The notes beneath the pieces were generated by a model. The model ran no database searches and was not told the DNA's origin. It saw nothing but the letters and a program-made list of their open reading frames with translations. DNA of 64,000 nucleotides from the human T2T-CHM13v2.0 reference genome, Homo sapiens. A program made the translations under genes and the position numbers. Within the stretch, counting starts at the first letter, position 1; each line of letters begins with the position of its first letter. Of this stretch, positions 40,837-54,040 are shown piece by piece. The DNA lies in the NCBI RefSeq assembly GCF_009914755.1, contig NC_060925.1. One strand, 5' to 3'.

Positions 40837-43027
40837 TGATGTGGTTTGGCTGTGTCCCCACCCAAATCTCATCTTGAATTGCAACTCCCACAATTCCCAT
40901 GTGTTGTAGGAGGAACCTGGTGGGAGATGATTGAATTTTGGGAGTGGATCTTTTCTGTGCAGTTCTTGTGATAGCCAATGAGTCTCACCAGATCTGATGG
41001 TTTTAAAAAGTGGAGTTTCCCTGCACAACCTCTCTTCTTTTCTTGTCTGCCATCACGTGAGACGTGCCTCAGGTATGTCTTTATCAGCGTCATAAAAACA
41101 GGCTATTACAGTAAATTAGTACCAGTAGGAAAAGGTGTTAATGAAAAAGCATCCAAAAATATGGAAGTGACTTTGGAACTGGGTAACAGACAGGAGTTGA
41201 AACAGTTTGGAGGACTCAGAAGAAGATAGGAAAATGTGGGAAAGTTTGGTACTTCCTAGAGACTTGTTGAATGACTTTGAGAAATTGTTGATAGTGATAT
41301 GAGCAATAATGTCCAGGCTGAGGTGGTCTCTGATGGAGAAGAGGAACTTGTTGGGAACTGAAGCAAAGTCTTGTTGTTTCAGCAAAGAGACTGGTGGTAT
41401 TTTGCCCCTGCCCTAGAGATTTGTGGAACTTTGAACTTGAGAGAGATGATTTAGGATATCTGGCAGAAGATATCCTATTCAAAGCAAATCATTCAAGAGA
41501 TGACTTGGGTGCTCTTAAAGGCATTCAGTTTTAAAAGAGAAACAGAGCATAAAAGTTTGGAAAACTTGCACCCTGACAAATGAAAAGAAAAATCTCATTT
41601 TCTGAGGTGAAATCCAAGCCAGCTGCAGAAATTTGCATAAGTAACAAGGAGCCAAACATTAATCGCTAAGACAATGGGAAAAATGTCTCCAGGGAATGTC
41701 AGAGGTCTTCATGTCAACCCCTCCCATCGCAAGTCACAGACCTAGAAGGAAAAAGTGGCTTACAGGGTCCCCGTGCTATGTGCAGCCAAGGGACTTGGTG
41801 CCCTGCATCCCAGTTGCTCCAACCATGGTTGAAAGAGGCCAACGTGGAGCTCAGACCGTGGCTTCAGAGGGTGCAAGCCCCAGTATTTTGCAGCTTCCAC
41901 ATGGTCTTGAGCCTGCAAGTGCATAGGAGTCAAGAATTGGGGTTTGGGAACCCCCACCTAGTTTTCAGAAGATGTATGGAAATGCCTGGATCCCAAGGAG
42001 GGATGGGCTTTTCATGGAAAACTTCCGCTAGGGCAGCATGGAAGAGAAATGTGGGGTTGGACTCCCACATAGAGTCCCTAATGGGGCACCACCTAGTGGA
42101 GCTGTGAAAAGGGGGCCACTCTCCTCCAGAACCCCAGAATGGTAGATCCACTGGCAGGTTGCACTGTGTTCCTGGACAAGCCACAGACGCTCAACACCAG
42201 CTCGTGAAAGCAGCCGGGGGTGAGGCTGTACCCTGCAGAGCTGCAGGGGCAGAGCTGCCCAAGACCATGGGACCCACCTCTTGCATCAGTGTGACCCTGA
42301 TGTGAGACATGGAGTCAAAGAAGATCATTTTGGAGCTTTAAGATTTGACTGCCCTGCTGGATTTTGGACTTGTATGGGGACTGTAGCCTCTTTGTTTTGG
42401 CCAATTTCTCTCATTTGGAACAGCTGTATTTACCCAATGCCTGTATCCCCATTGTATCTAGCAAGTATCTAACTTGCTTTTGATTTTACAGGCTCATAGG
42501 CAGAAGGGACTTGCCCTGTCTCAGATGAGATATTGCACCGTGGACTTTTGAGTTAATGCTAAAATGAGTTGAAACTTTGGGGCACTATTGGGAAGGCATG
42601 ATTGGTTTTGAAATGTGAGGACATGAGATTTGGGAAGGGACAGGGTTGGATGATATGTCTGTAACCAAGCAAAAGTTGGGTGTCCCCCACCCAAATCTTG
42701 TCTTGAATTGCAACTCCCACAATTTCCACATCATGTCATGGGAGGAACCTGGTGGGTTGTGATTGAATTATGGAGGTGGGTCTTTCCTGTGCTGTTCTTT
42801 TGATAGTGAATGAGTCTCACAAGATCTGATGGTTTTATAAATGGGAGTTTCCATGCACAAGCTCTCTTCTTCTCTTGTCCGCTGCCACGTGAGACATGGC
42901 TTTCACCTGCCACGATTTTGAAGCCTCCCTATAGACATGGAACTATAAGTGCAATAAACCTTTTTCCTTTGTAAATTGCCCAGTCTCGGGTATGTCTTTA
43001 TTAGCAGCGTGAAAACAAACTAATACA
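40837..43027 (+). mobile_element. THE1B-like provirus: LTR 40837-41110 (internal deletion), THE1-int, LTR 42651-43027
   Basis: TG..CA termini, ~1.5 kb internal region, matching 5-bp TSD gtttt (40832-40836 / 43028-43032). Confidence 0.95.
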
Positions 43028-44494
43028 GTTTTCTTAACAAAATTCCGTATTATTTACATACATGTGTGTATATCTACTTGTGTATGTGCATATGTGTAAG
43101 AATACATGTCTGAATAATTGTGGCATTTAAATACATACCATTTTTAAATATTTTATTATAAGTTACTTGAAGTGGACACTTCCCTGAAATAGTTACTCTA
43201 CTCTTTTAATATTTAATCTTATGAAGAAAGAGAGTATGCTTACTATTTTAACAAGATAAAAATGTTTGACTTTAATATGATAATTTTTTTCATGAATATT
43301 AAGAAAAACAGACCATGGTAAAGGTTTCTAACTTTGTGCCATGTGGCAAACTGGCACAACATATACCTTCTGCAAATAGAATGGCTTATAGAAAAATCCA
43401 TTGAAAAGATAAATTCTTGTTCCTCCTAAACACCATCATCAGTCTCAGAATAGTGTTTTCCCTTTTTGCAAAATTATACCCAATAATTAAACAATAATAG
43501 AACAAAAAATATCTTATTGTGAACTCTCATTTTGCATTCCAGAAGCATTCTACCCAGCACCAAAGAAAATCACAATTCTAAGTAAATGATACATCTTTTT
43601 CAATATCAAACCAAAATTATTTCTGAAGAACAAGTTAATTTAGTCTCTAGAAGTACTGATACAGCCAAGAATATTAAAATAATCAATGAGCAGCGTGTTA
43701 CCGATTGGCCTCCTTTTTGTCAAGTCTTGAAATAGACTGTTTATTCTATGTGCTTTCATGATAAGCCTCTTTTTACAAGTTACAAAAGTTGAAAAGCTCT
43801 GTATAGCGTTCCTACAAAATGAGTTATTTATTTAGAGAAAAAGGTTTTTCCAAAGGAAAAAATAGATAAGGCAACATAAGTTCTTTAAGATAATTTTGGA
43901 TAAATGAACTCAACAAAAATTAGTACTTTAAAAAAAATCTATTGTATAAACTTAAGATTCATGACAAAAGAAGAAAAGTCTCTGGTTGATTACATTTTAG
44001 GAAAATACAAAAAGTCCAATCCTTGAAACTTATTTTAGGAAAGGATTCCAAAAAAATTCTTTGAAAATGTATTATGAAATGTATCCAGAAAATGTCTTAA
44101 AAATAAGTTCTTTCATGTTATATAACTAATATTGTGTATTTGATTTAAGATTCTAATGTTTTCTTTATTATTTGAGGTCTACCATTTAGGTCAGATTATA
44201 AATATATAAACTCTAATTCAATACTTTTACCATATAGTTCTTCTTAGAGGCATTTACATATTATCTATGATAGTTATATATAATATAGATATCATATATA
44301 TGTGTGTGTCATATATATATCATATTTATTTGTGTGGTTTTAATTTCTACTTTTATGTTTCTTCAGATAATCAATTATTTTTTCTAGACTTGCTATCTAA
44401 AGTTCATCCTCGCAATTTACTGTCTCGCCCTCTGCCAAACAATACCTGTAGAGTTTAAGCAAAATAATTGAAGCCAAACTGCATTATTGTAAAA

Positions 44495-44640
44495 TTGTCA
44501 TCCTTTTTTATTCTGAGATACGCATTTTCCATGCTAACATTTCTGAAAATACAATATGTTTTAAAATCAAAGTCATGAACATATGCCAGTTACCACCAAA
44601 GTGATAAGCTATGATGCAGTTATCATTGTCTACGCCAATT
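44495..44640. mobile_element. Possible TcMar-Tc2 (MER104/Kanga-like) remnant
   Basis: attctgagatacgcattttccatgctaacatttctgaaa resembles the family terminus as I recall it. Confidence 0.35.
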
Positions 44641-45179
44641 TAAAATTAGCCAAGTCTAGAAGGGATGTGAATGTCACTTCAGTTAAATTTTTGTATTGAT
44701 GTTTTCTCTCCAATTTGAACATCAGGTAATGCAAGTAAAGGAAGAGAAAGTAGCCAAAATATAGACTAGATAATGATTTTCAAAATGTCAGAAATTTGTG
44801 TGGCTGAGATGCACTTGTGGAGGATTTTTTAGTAGGACGCCAACAATCTATTTGCAAAACATTTCTAGGCAGTGTTCTGAGAAGTTATGTAATTTCCTCC
44901 AATGATGCACTAGTCCAAAAGGGGAAGAAAACCCAGTTTAACCAAGCAAAAGTTTCACAGGAAACCTTAATATTCTCTATAGAATTTGTAATTTTACTAT
45001 CTGTTCTAAATGTTAAGAACATAAACAGTATCAACATGCAAAAGCAAGTCACGTGTTATGTTGATAGTTTTCATAATTGCTATGTCACAAGTAAATTAAA
45101 TAAAACTTTAGACTTTTGATTGAAAAACAGATTAAAATTGTAAATTTTACTTAACATTAATTGGGTTCTTACTATATCA

Positions 45180-45370
45180 TGATATGTATTTTCAATGTAT
45201 TACACTTACAAATGCTTTTTATTTTACAACAGCCTTATGATGTAGGTACCATTATTCACCCTAGTTTACTAATGAAGAAACCAATGTTCAAAGATTAAGA
45301 AAACTGCTAGTGAAGTACAAAAACAAGAATCAAACTTAGTTTAACTGGTTCTAGAGAACACCCTCTTAAT
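45180..45370 (-). mobile_element. MIR
   Basis: acaacagccttatgatgtaggtaccattattcaccctagtttactaatgaagaaac core. Confidence 0.75.
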
Positions 45371-47502
45371 ATTTGCCTCTCAATATTTCCACTAAAGAAT
45401 AAAGTGATAAGTTGTTTAACTTACTATGCATTTTTGTTTGTTTGTCTACTTTCTGTTGGTGAGAATTCTCTTCTTTTGGAAAATGGATTTTATGCCCACT
45501 ACCATAATTTGGCTTTTTTTCAGAGCTTCCAGGTATTTCACATGATCAAGCTGGAGAAAATAATTATTCTTCTTGTTTTGATTAGAAACATGGTAGAGTT
45601 TAGATACATAGCCCTAGCTTTTTCTGGCAACCATTATTCCTGCTCTTTAAAAACAAAAACAAAAACAAAAGAAACAAAAAAACAAGTCTACCAATCTGAA
45701 ACAACAACAACAACAACAACAATTGAGTTAATATGAACACATATTTTTGATGCCAGCATACTACAGGCAAACACCTCTTAAATCAATCTAGGAGTGGCCA
45801 GGAATACAGAGCCACTTTAAATATTACATAAATAAAGGAGTTGATATACATTTAATGCTTGATTTACATGAATATATAAAGAGCTGGGTGAGAGAAGATC
45901 AAGAAGGGAAATATTTCCTGAGGACCTCATTGTGAAACACTGAAGCAGGTTTCCACAGGTTATTGGAAAAATACCGCTACCACCTGTGTACGTGTCAGAA
46001 AAGAAATGCTCCCCTAGGCCCCACCAAGAGAAAACCACCTTAGCACATTTTGGCAGACAACAGGGACTAACTCTGTCACATCCATGAGTGTAAGCAGCAC
46101 TCAGTGTGGCCTCAAAGCCTACCCTTGGGTCCCACCAAGGGAGTGAGATGACCACCCTGCAGCACATTTCAGCAAAGAGCAGGAGCTGATTGTGACATGC
46201 CCAGGAGTATAAAAAGCACTCAGCTAAGCCTTAAAGGCCACCCCAAGGCCCTGCCTGGGCAGGCAGTCAAAACTCAACCGTGTATTTCTACTAAGCACAA
46301 TGGCTGGTCTTGCATATCTGAGCAGTGGCTCCACCCAACACTGGGGCTGCTTCCCACATCCCTATCCAACTGTTGAACTCAAATAGTGGTACCATCTGTC
46401 CAGAAAATACACCCTGTGGCCAAGCCTGATTACAGGTTACTGTAGGGTCCATTCACCTACTTATTCTAATTGCAAAGCTCAGTCAGTGGTCTCATCAAAC
46501 AACAGAGCTCAGCCAGCTGCTCCACCTGAACTAAGAGCAAAGAAAACAGCCCAGCCATTTATAGAACGTGAAAGCAAGCTCTATCTGTTCAGGGTCATTA
46601 CCACCTGGCCCATTCAGAACCACAGGATAGACTAAATTCATGAAGATCTATCCCCACCAAAGAACACCTATAAAAGCTAGAAGATGTAGCTGTCTCCTCA
46701 AATGCAGACAACAATGCAAGGACACAACAATGAAAAGATGCAGGAAAATCATTACCCTTCCAAAAGACACCAAAAAAAACACCAACAATGGACTCCAAAT
46801 AAATAGAGATCTATAAAATTAAAGACAAAAGTTCAAAATAATTCTGTTAAGAAATTTCAGTGAACTACAAGAATAGATTTTTAAAAATTAAGTGAATTTT
46901 GGAAAATACATGAAGAAAATTAGAAGTTTGAAAAAAAATTAGAAAAACAACAAACAAAAAAACCCATCAAAATCCTACAGATGAATACAAAGACTGAACT
47001 TTAATATGCAACAGAAAGGTTTAACAATAGGCTTGATCAATTTGAAGAAAGAATCTGTGAGCTCAAAGACAAAACATTTGAAAGTGTCCAACCAGAGGAT
47101 CTAAGAGGAAATTAAGAAAACAACAATGAAAAGGAATGAAGGCCTATGTAAATTATGGAACACCATCAAGAGACCAAACCTTTGCATAATAGGGATTTAT
47201 GAAGGCTATGATACAGCAAAAGGACCAGAGAACATATTTACAGAAATAAATGTTGAAAACATCCCTAATATAGGGAAAAAAGCCAACATCCAGGTTCTAG
47301 AAGTGTAGAAATCTCCAATCAAACTCAGCCTAAAGAAGAGTTCACCAAGACACACAATAATTTAACTCAAAAATTAAAGACTAAGAAAAATTCTGACAGG
47401 AGGAAGCAATAAGAAACTCATCACATGGAAAGGAGTGCCTATATGACTATCAGCAGATTCATTAGCAGAAATCTTACAGGTCTAGAAGAAAAATGAGATG
47501 AA

Positions 47503-47841
<339 letters not shown>

Positions 47842-48199
47842 CTAAAGGAAAAAAAAGCTGCCAACCAAATATATTTTACCCAGCAAAGTTGTCAGACAGA
47901 AATGAGACAGATTAAAAACTTTTCCGGAATGATAAAGGCTAACAGAGTTACTAACCACGAGAATTGCCTCAGAAGAATTGCTAACAGAGCCAGTTAAGCT
48001 AAAAGGCCACTAATTAATAACATAAAATTTACACAAGTAAGCACAAAACACAAAGGCAGAACCCTATTTGAAATACTGTAAGGACTGTAATGGTGTTGTG
48101 TAAAGCAATTTTCTACCTAGTATGAGGGTAAAAGACAAAACGGTTAGTAACAACTGTAGCTGAAATATATTAGTGAAGAGATAAATATTAAAACTTATG

Positions 48200-48291
48200 A
48201 GCTGGGCACAGTGGCTCATGCCTGAAATCCCAGAACTTTGGGAGGCCAGGGAGGGTGGATCACTTGAGGGTGGGAGTTCAAAAAAAAAAAA
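48200..48291 (+). mobile_element. Alu 5' fragment (~80 bp) plus A run
   Basis: gctgggcacagtggctcatgcctg...gggagttc followed by an A tract. Confidence 0.85.
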
Positions 48292-51200
48292 TTCTCAAAT
48301 AAAAAAAAATTAACATATTCCCCAAGGAAATGGAAAAAGAAGAACAATCTAAGCGAAAGGTTAGCAGAAGGAAAGACATAAACAAGAGCAGAAATAAATA
48401 AAATAGAAACTAGAAAATGATACAAAAAATAACAAAATTAAGTGTTCATTTTTGAAAAGATAAAATCAACCAACCTTTAGGAGGACTAAGATAAAAGAGA
48501 GAAGACCCACATAAAGAAAATAAGAAATGAAAGAGGCTATATTATAACTGATATCACAGAAATACAAAGGATTATAAGAGGCTATTATGAACAGTTGTAT
48601 GCCAACAAATTGAATAATCTAGAAGAAATGAATAAATTCATAGACACATACAATCTACCAAGACTGGATCATAAAGAAATAAAAAATCTGAACAAATCAA
48701 TGATAAGTAAAAAGACTGAATTAGTAATAAAAAGTCTCTCATCCAAAAACAAAACAAAACAAAACCACCTCGAGATTTGATGACTTTACTGCTGAATTCT
48801 ACTAAACATTTAAAGAATACCAACCCTTCACAAACTTAAAAATCAAAGAGGAGGGAATACTTCAAACTCTTGTTATGAGGCCTGCATTACTGTGTTACTA
48901 AAGCCAGTTAAGAACATTACAAGAAAAGAAAATTAAAGGCCAATATTTTTGATGAACATAGATTCAAAAATCCTAAAATAAAAAATACTAGCAAACTGAC
49001 TTCAAAAACACATTAAAAGGATCATTCAACATAAGCAAGTAGGGTTTATCCCAATGAAAGATTGTATTTCATTTATCTCTGCTCTTTATTATGGTTTTCC
49101 TTTTGCTAACTTTGGGCTTAGATCGTTCTTCTTAGATGTGATGATGGACACACACTCACAAATCAATAAACATGGTACATTACATTAATAGAATAAAAGA
49201 TAAATATCATATGATCATCTCATTAGATGCAGAAAAAGCATTTGATAAAATTAAGAATCCTTTCAGTATAAAAACTCAACGAATTAGGAACAGAAGAAAC
49301 GTACCTTAACACAATAAAGGCCATATATAATAGTCCACAGCTAACATTATACTCCATGGTGTAAAATTGAAATATTGTCCTCTAAGATTCATAAAAAGAT
49401 AAGGATGCTCACTCTTACTATTTCTATTCAACATAATTTCAGAGTCCTTGTCAGAGCAATTATGTAATAGAAAAAATTAATAAAAGGCATCCAGTAGGAA
49501 AGAAAGAGGTAAAATTGTTACTGTTTGCTGATGACATGATTTTATAGATAGAAAATTCTAAAGATTCCACCAAGAAACTGTTAGAACTAATAAACAAATA
49601 CAGCATAGTTAAAGGATAAAAAAATCAACACACAAAACCAATAGCCTTTCTATTAACAACAAACTACCCAAAGAAATCAAGAGAACAATCTCATTTACAA
49701 TAGCTAACCTCCCAAAATAAATAAAATAGTTTCTAGTAAATTTAACCAAGGAGATGAAAGATCTATACACTGAAAACTTTAATGAAAGAAATCGAAGACA
49801 CAAATACATAGAAAATTATTGTATGTTCAGGGTTAATGAAAATTATATTGTTAAAATATCTATACTCCCCAAAGTGGTCTACAGATTCAATGCATTTTGT
49901 ATCAAAATCCCCTGTTATTTTTCATAGAAATAGAAAAATAGTCCTAAAATTTATATGAAATTACAAAAAAATCTGAATAGCCAAAGTAATAATGAGCAAA
50001 AAGAACAAAGCTGGAGACATCACACTACCTGATTTCAAACTATACTACAAAGCAATAATAAAACAGCATGGTACTGACATAAAAACAGACATATTTACGA
50101 ATGAGACAGAATAGAGAGCCCAGAAACGAAACTATGTATGTATGTTTAACCGATTTTTTACAAAGTTGCCAAGAATACACAGCAGGGAAAGGAAAGTTTT
50201 TTTCATATTCACATGAAAAAGAATGAAATTAAATGTTTTTCTTACACCATATATAAAAATCAATTCAAAATGGGTTTAAGACTTAAATGTAAGACCTAAG
50301 ACTGCAGTACTGCTATAAGAAAACAGGGGAAAAAACTACAAAATATTGATCTGGGCAATGACTTTTTTTTTTTTTTTTTTTTTGTCTCCCAAAATGTAGA
50401 CAACAAAAGCAGAAATAGCAAATGGGATTGCATCACTTTAAGAATCTTCCGCACAACAAAGAAAGCAATTAACAGAGTGACGAGCCAATCTAGAAATTGG
50501 GAGAAAATATTTGTAAGCCACACCTCCAATATGGGGTTAATATCCAAAATATATAAGGAATTCAAACAAAATTTTATAGTAAGAAAACAAATAACCTAAT
50601 TGTATAAAATAGCAAGGGACCAGAACAGACATTTCTCAAACGATGACAGAAATGGGCAAAAGATGTAAGAAAAAAATGCTCAACATCACTAATCATTAGG
50701 GAAATGCAAGTTAAAACCATAATGAGATATCATCTCATACCTATAAGAAGGGCAATTATGAAGAAGATGAAAGATAACAAGGGTTGGCTAGGATTTGGAG
50801 AAAATGGTAACCCTTGTAATACTGTTGGTGGAAATATAAATTAGTAGAGCCATTATGGAAAATGGTACAGAGTTTCTTCTAAAAGCTAAAAATAGAAATA
50901 TTATATGACTCCAAAATCTTGCTTCTGGGTATTTACCTAAAATATTTGAAATCTGTATGTCTAAGAGATGTCTGCCCTTTATGTTCACTGCAGCCATTTT
51001 CACAATAATAAAGTTATGGAATCAACCTAAGAGTCCATCGACAGATGAATGAATAAGAATAAAGACAGATGAATATGTCTATGTGTTATATATACACAAT
51101 AGAATACTACTTTTCAGCCTTAAAAAAGAATTTTGGTCATTTGCAGCTACATCAATGGAATTGGAGAACATTAAGCTATGTGTAATAAGCCCGGCACAGA

Positions 51201-52329
51201 AAGAAAATACCACATGTTCTTAACTACATATGAAATTTAAAACCATCAAACTCATAGAAGCAGAGTGTAGAATGGTGGTTACCAGAGGCCGGGGGATAGG
51301 GGGAATGAGAAGAAGGTGGTCAAATGGCACAAAACCTCAGTTAGACAGAAGGAATTTTTTTTTCTTTTTCTGAGAATCACAATGTGGTGAATATAGTCAA
51401 TAATAGTGTATTGTGCCTTTCTAAATTACCAAAGGAGTAAATTTCAAATGTTCTCACCACAAAAATGAGTATTGGGAGGTAATAAATACATTATTTTGAT
51501 TTAATTATTCCACATTGTATTCATATATCATAATATTACCTTGTACCTCACAAATATAAAACATAATTTGGCAATTTATAAATAAGTTTCAAAAAGAAAG
51601 AAAAATAGTGCTTACAAAGAAGTCTGAGAAGCCACTGGGTTGGCCATTGCCACCTCTCAAAATAAATAGCTTCTCCCCCTCCCACTTTCCAAATATACTG
51701 TTTGTTACTTTCAGTGGCAAACTCTAATCTAGAATCCTAGAAAGGAGTATCTTGTAAACGTAGCTTCTGGGCTAGCTATTCTCTGCAATGCAATGAGAAG
51801 GAGACGTTTCAAGTCAGTGCAAACATGCAAAATTAACAACTGGCAGAATGTCACACTATTTTTCTACAAATTGCCTTATTATGGCAAACAGTGATTTGGT
51901 GTTATTGAGTGAGATCAGAGAAAAGGAAGAGACAATAGGAAATAAAGAAATCATGGAGCTTGGAAAGAAAGATATGGTTGTCTACATTTCTTGGATAATT
52001 TAATACCTATGAAAAATCATTCCAGTAAAACTTAGGTTCATAATCGCTTGCCAACTTCATGTATAATGACATCTATCTTGAAATTTCAGCAGCAGTTACT
52101 ACTATGAAGAGTTTATCTTAAGACTTCTCATTAACTGAAAATTACTTTACTTCTGGAATACCTCTGACCACAAACTTGGATGCCTCTAAAATAGTCACAC
52201 TGAGATGGCTGAGGATCAACAGTATCTGATCAACTTTATTTCATCTCTATCTTTCAATATCCTTCTTATTTGTTTTTCTTACGCCAGTTATTACCTTGAT
52301 TCTTTAGTGTGTGTGTGCATTCACCACTC

Positions 52330-53810
52330 ATTTTCCAGTGAATGCACCTTAGTTCATTATTTTTCACAAATGAGTATAATGTCATTGTATGGTGTTAATC
52401 ATATTGTTCCTAAGCATATGGGAAGTTTTAAAGTTTTTATTATTTAAGAAAACATTATGAACATACCTGTAGATATCTTCTAGTACATATTTGTAAACAG
52501 TTCTTTAGGACATTAACTAGGAAATAGAATTAAGGGTTAATGAGTACTGCTGCAACTTTACTGTTATAGATAATGCCAAATGGTTTCTATAACAGTTCTA
52601 CTCTTTTATGTGATTATCTTTTGATATTTGTGGATTATATTTTTTAACTAAAGTTGGGGCAGCTAGGAAAGAAACACCTTTCTCTGTGTCAAGAATATAA
52701 AAATATTCTCTTAAGCAGTATTGAATTCTATTGCTATTTTATTCTAATATTATAAAGTTGCTTTCCACTTGGTATATATTCCACTTGGAATATTATATAT
52801 TATATATATAAAAAAATGTATGCTTTAAGATAGTTCAATCTCATTTATTTCTACCTGAATGGCTGTTATATTTCTCTATCTTACTCAATACTGATAAAGA
52901 TTCCCCTTCTCCTTTTTATGTTCTCATATAATGTTATTCCTTCTACATGATTAAAAGTTAAACATACTTTTTATATCGTTATCTTGGTTCCCCTTGAGAT
53001 TTCACCATTACTTTTTCCTGAAAAATCAAAATGAATTACTGTCCCTCCAGACTGTGATACAACTTAAGTACTTTAAAATACACACATTAGGGGGTCTCTT
53101 TCTAGCGTTATATTTTTGTCCTTACACAATATAATATTATTATTACAAAAATAGGTAATATTGTAATATCATTATACACAAAGACATTAGATTTACCTAT
53201 TTATTAGTTTCTTTACTCACTTTTCCTTCTTGAATCTTTGACTTTCCTTTTAGGCTTGTTTCACTAATGCACCACCTTTAACAATTACAAAGTTGTTTAG
53301 TGAAGTTATAATGGTGGTAATTTCTAAGATTTTTTTGCTCTGAAATGATTTATTTCACAATTTACTTATGGATGAAATTTTGTTACATACTTATTTTTTC
53401 TCAGTTCTTTAAAGATATAATGCCATTACCTTTTTGCTTCTGTTATTAGGGAGCAGTCTGCTGTCAGTTAAATTGTCATTTATCTGTAATTGGTTTGCCT
53501 CCCTTGTAGATTGAAATATATTATTTTTGTCTACAGTTACATAAACACACTGTAATGTGCCTAAATTTTAATTTCTGATCATTTATCTTTTTTGATATAT
53601 GTTGGGTCTTTGGGTTAATGTTTTTTAAACATGAATTTGGAAAATTCATTTTTGTCTCTTGAAAAAGTTTCCTTTTTTGCTTTCATATTATCCTCTTTGG
53701 GGACTCTATTTTAAATGTATGAGAGATTTTTTCAACTTTACCTATTTTCAATTTAATATTTTTTCTCTTCCGATATGCCAAATATTCCATTTCACACATC
53801 CAGTGATATT
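52330..53810 (-). mobile_element. Very old L1ME/HAL1-like fragments
   Basis: Degenerate antisense motifs (tatgaacatacctgtagatatcttc, actaggaaatagaatt, cagtctgctgtcagt). Confidence 0.45.
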
Positions 53811-53877
53811 TGCAGTATATATACATATATACCACACATGTATACACACACACACACAGATACACACATATATATAT

Positions 53878-54040
53878 ATCACAATTCTATGAGGGTGTTA
53901 CTATTGTCATCTTCATTTTATAGTTGAAAAAATTCTGGAAAAGCAGGTTTAAGCGATAAACCCAAAGATTGTCTGTTCTTAAGTGTCAGAAGTAAAATTG
54001 AATAAAGGTAGTCTGAATCTAGGGTACTTTCTCTTAATCC
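53878..54040 (-). mobile_element. MIR
   Basis: acaattctatgagggtgttactattgtcatcttcattttatagttgaaaaaa. Confidence 0.7.

Noticed and set aside
44817-46167. Three 100-116 aa ORFs
   Set aside because: No recognisable domain; they overlap low-complexity or repeat-derived sequence, and such lengths are expected by chance.
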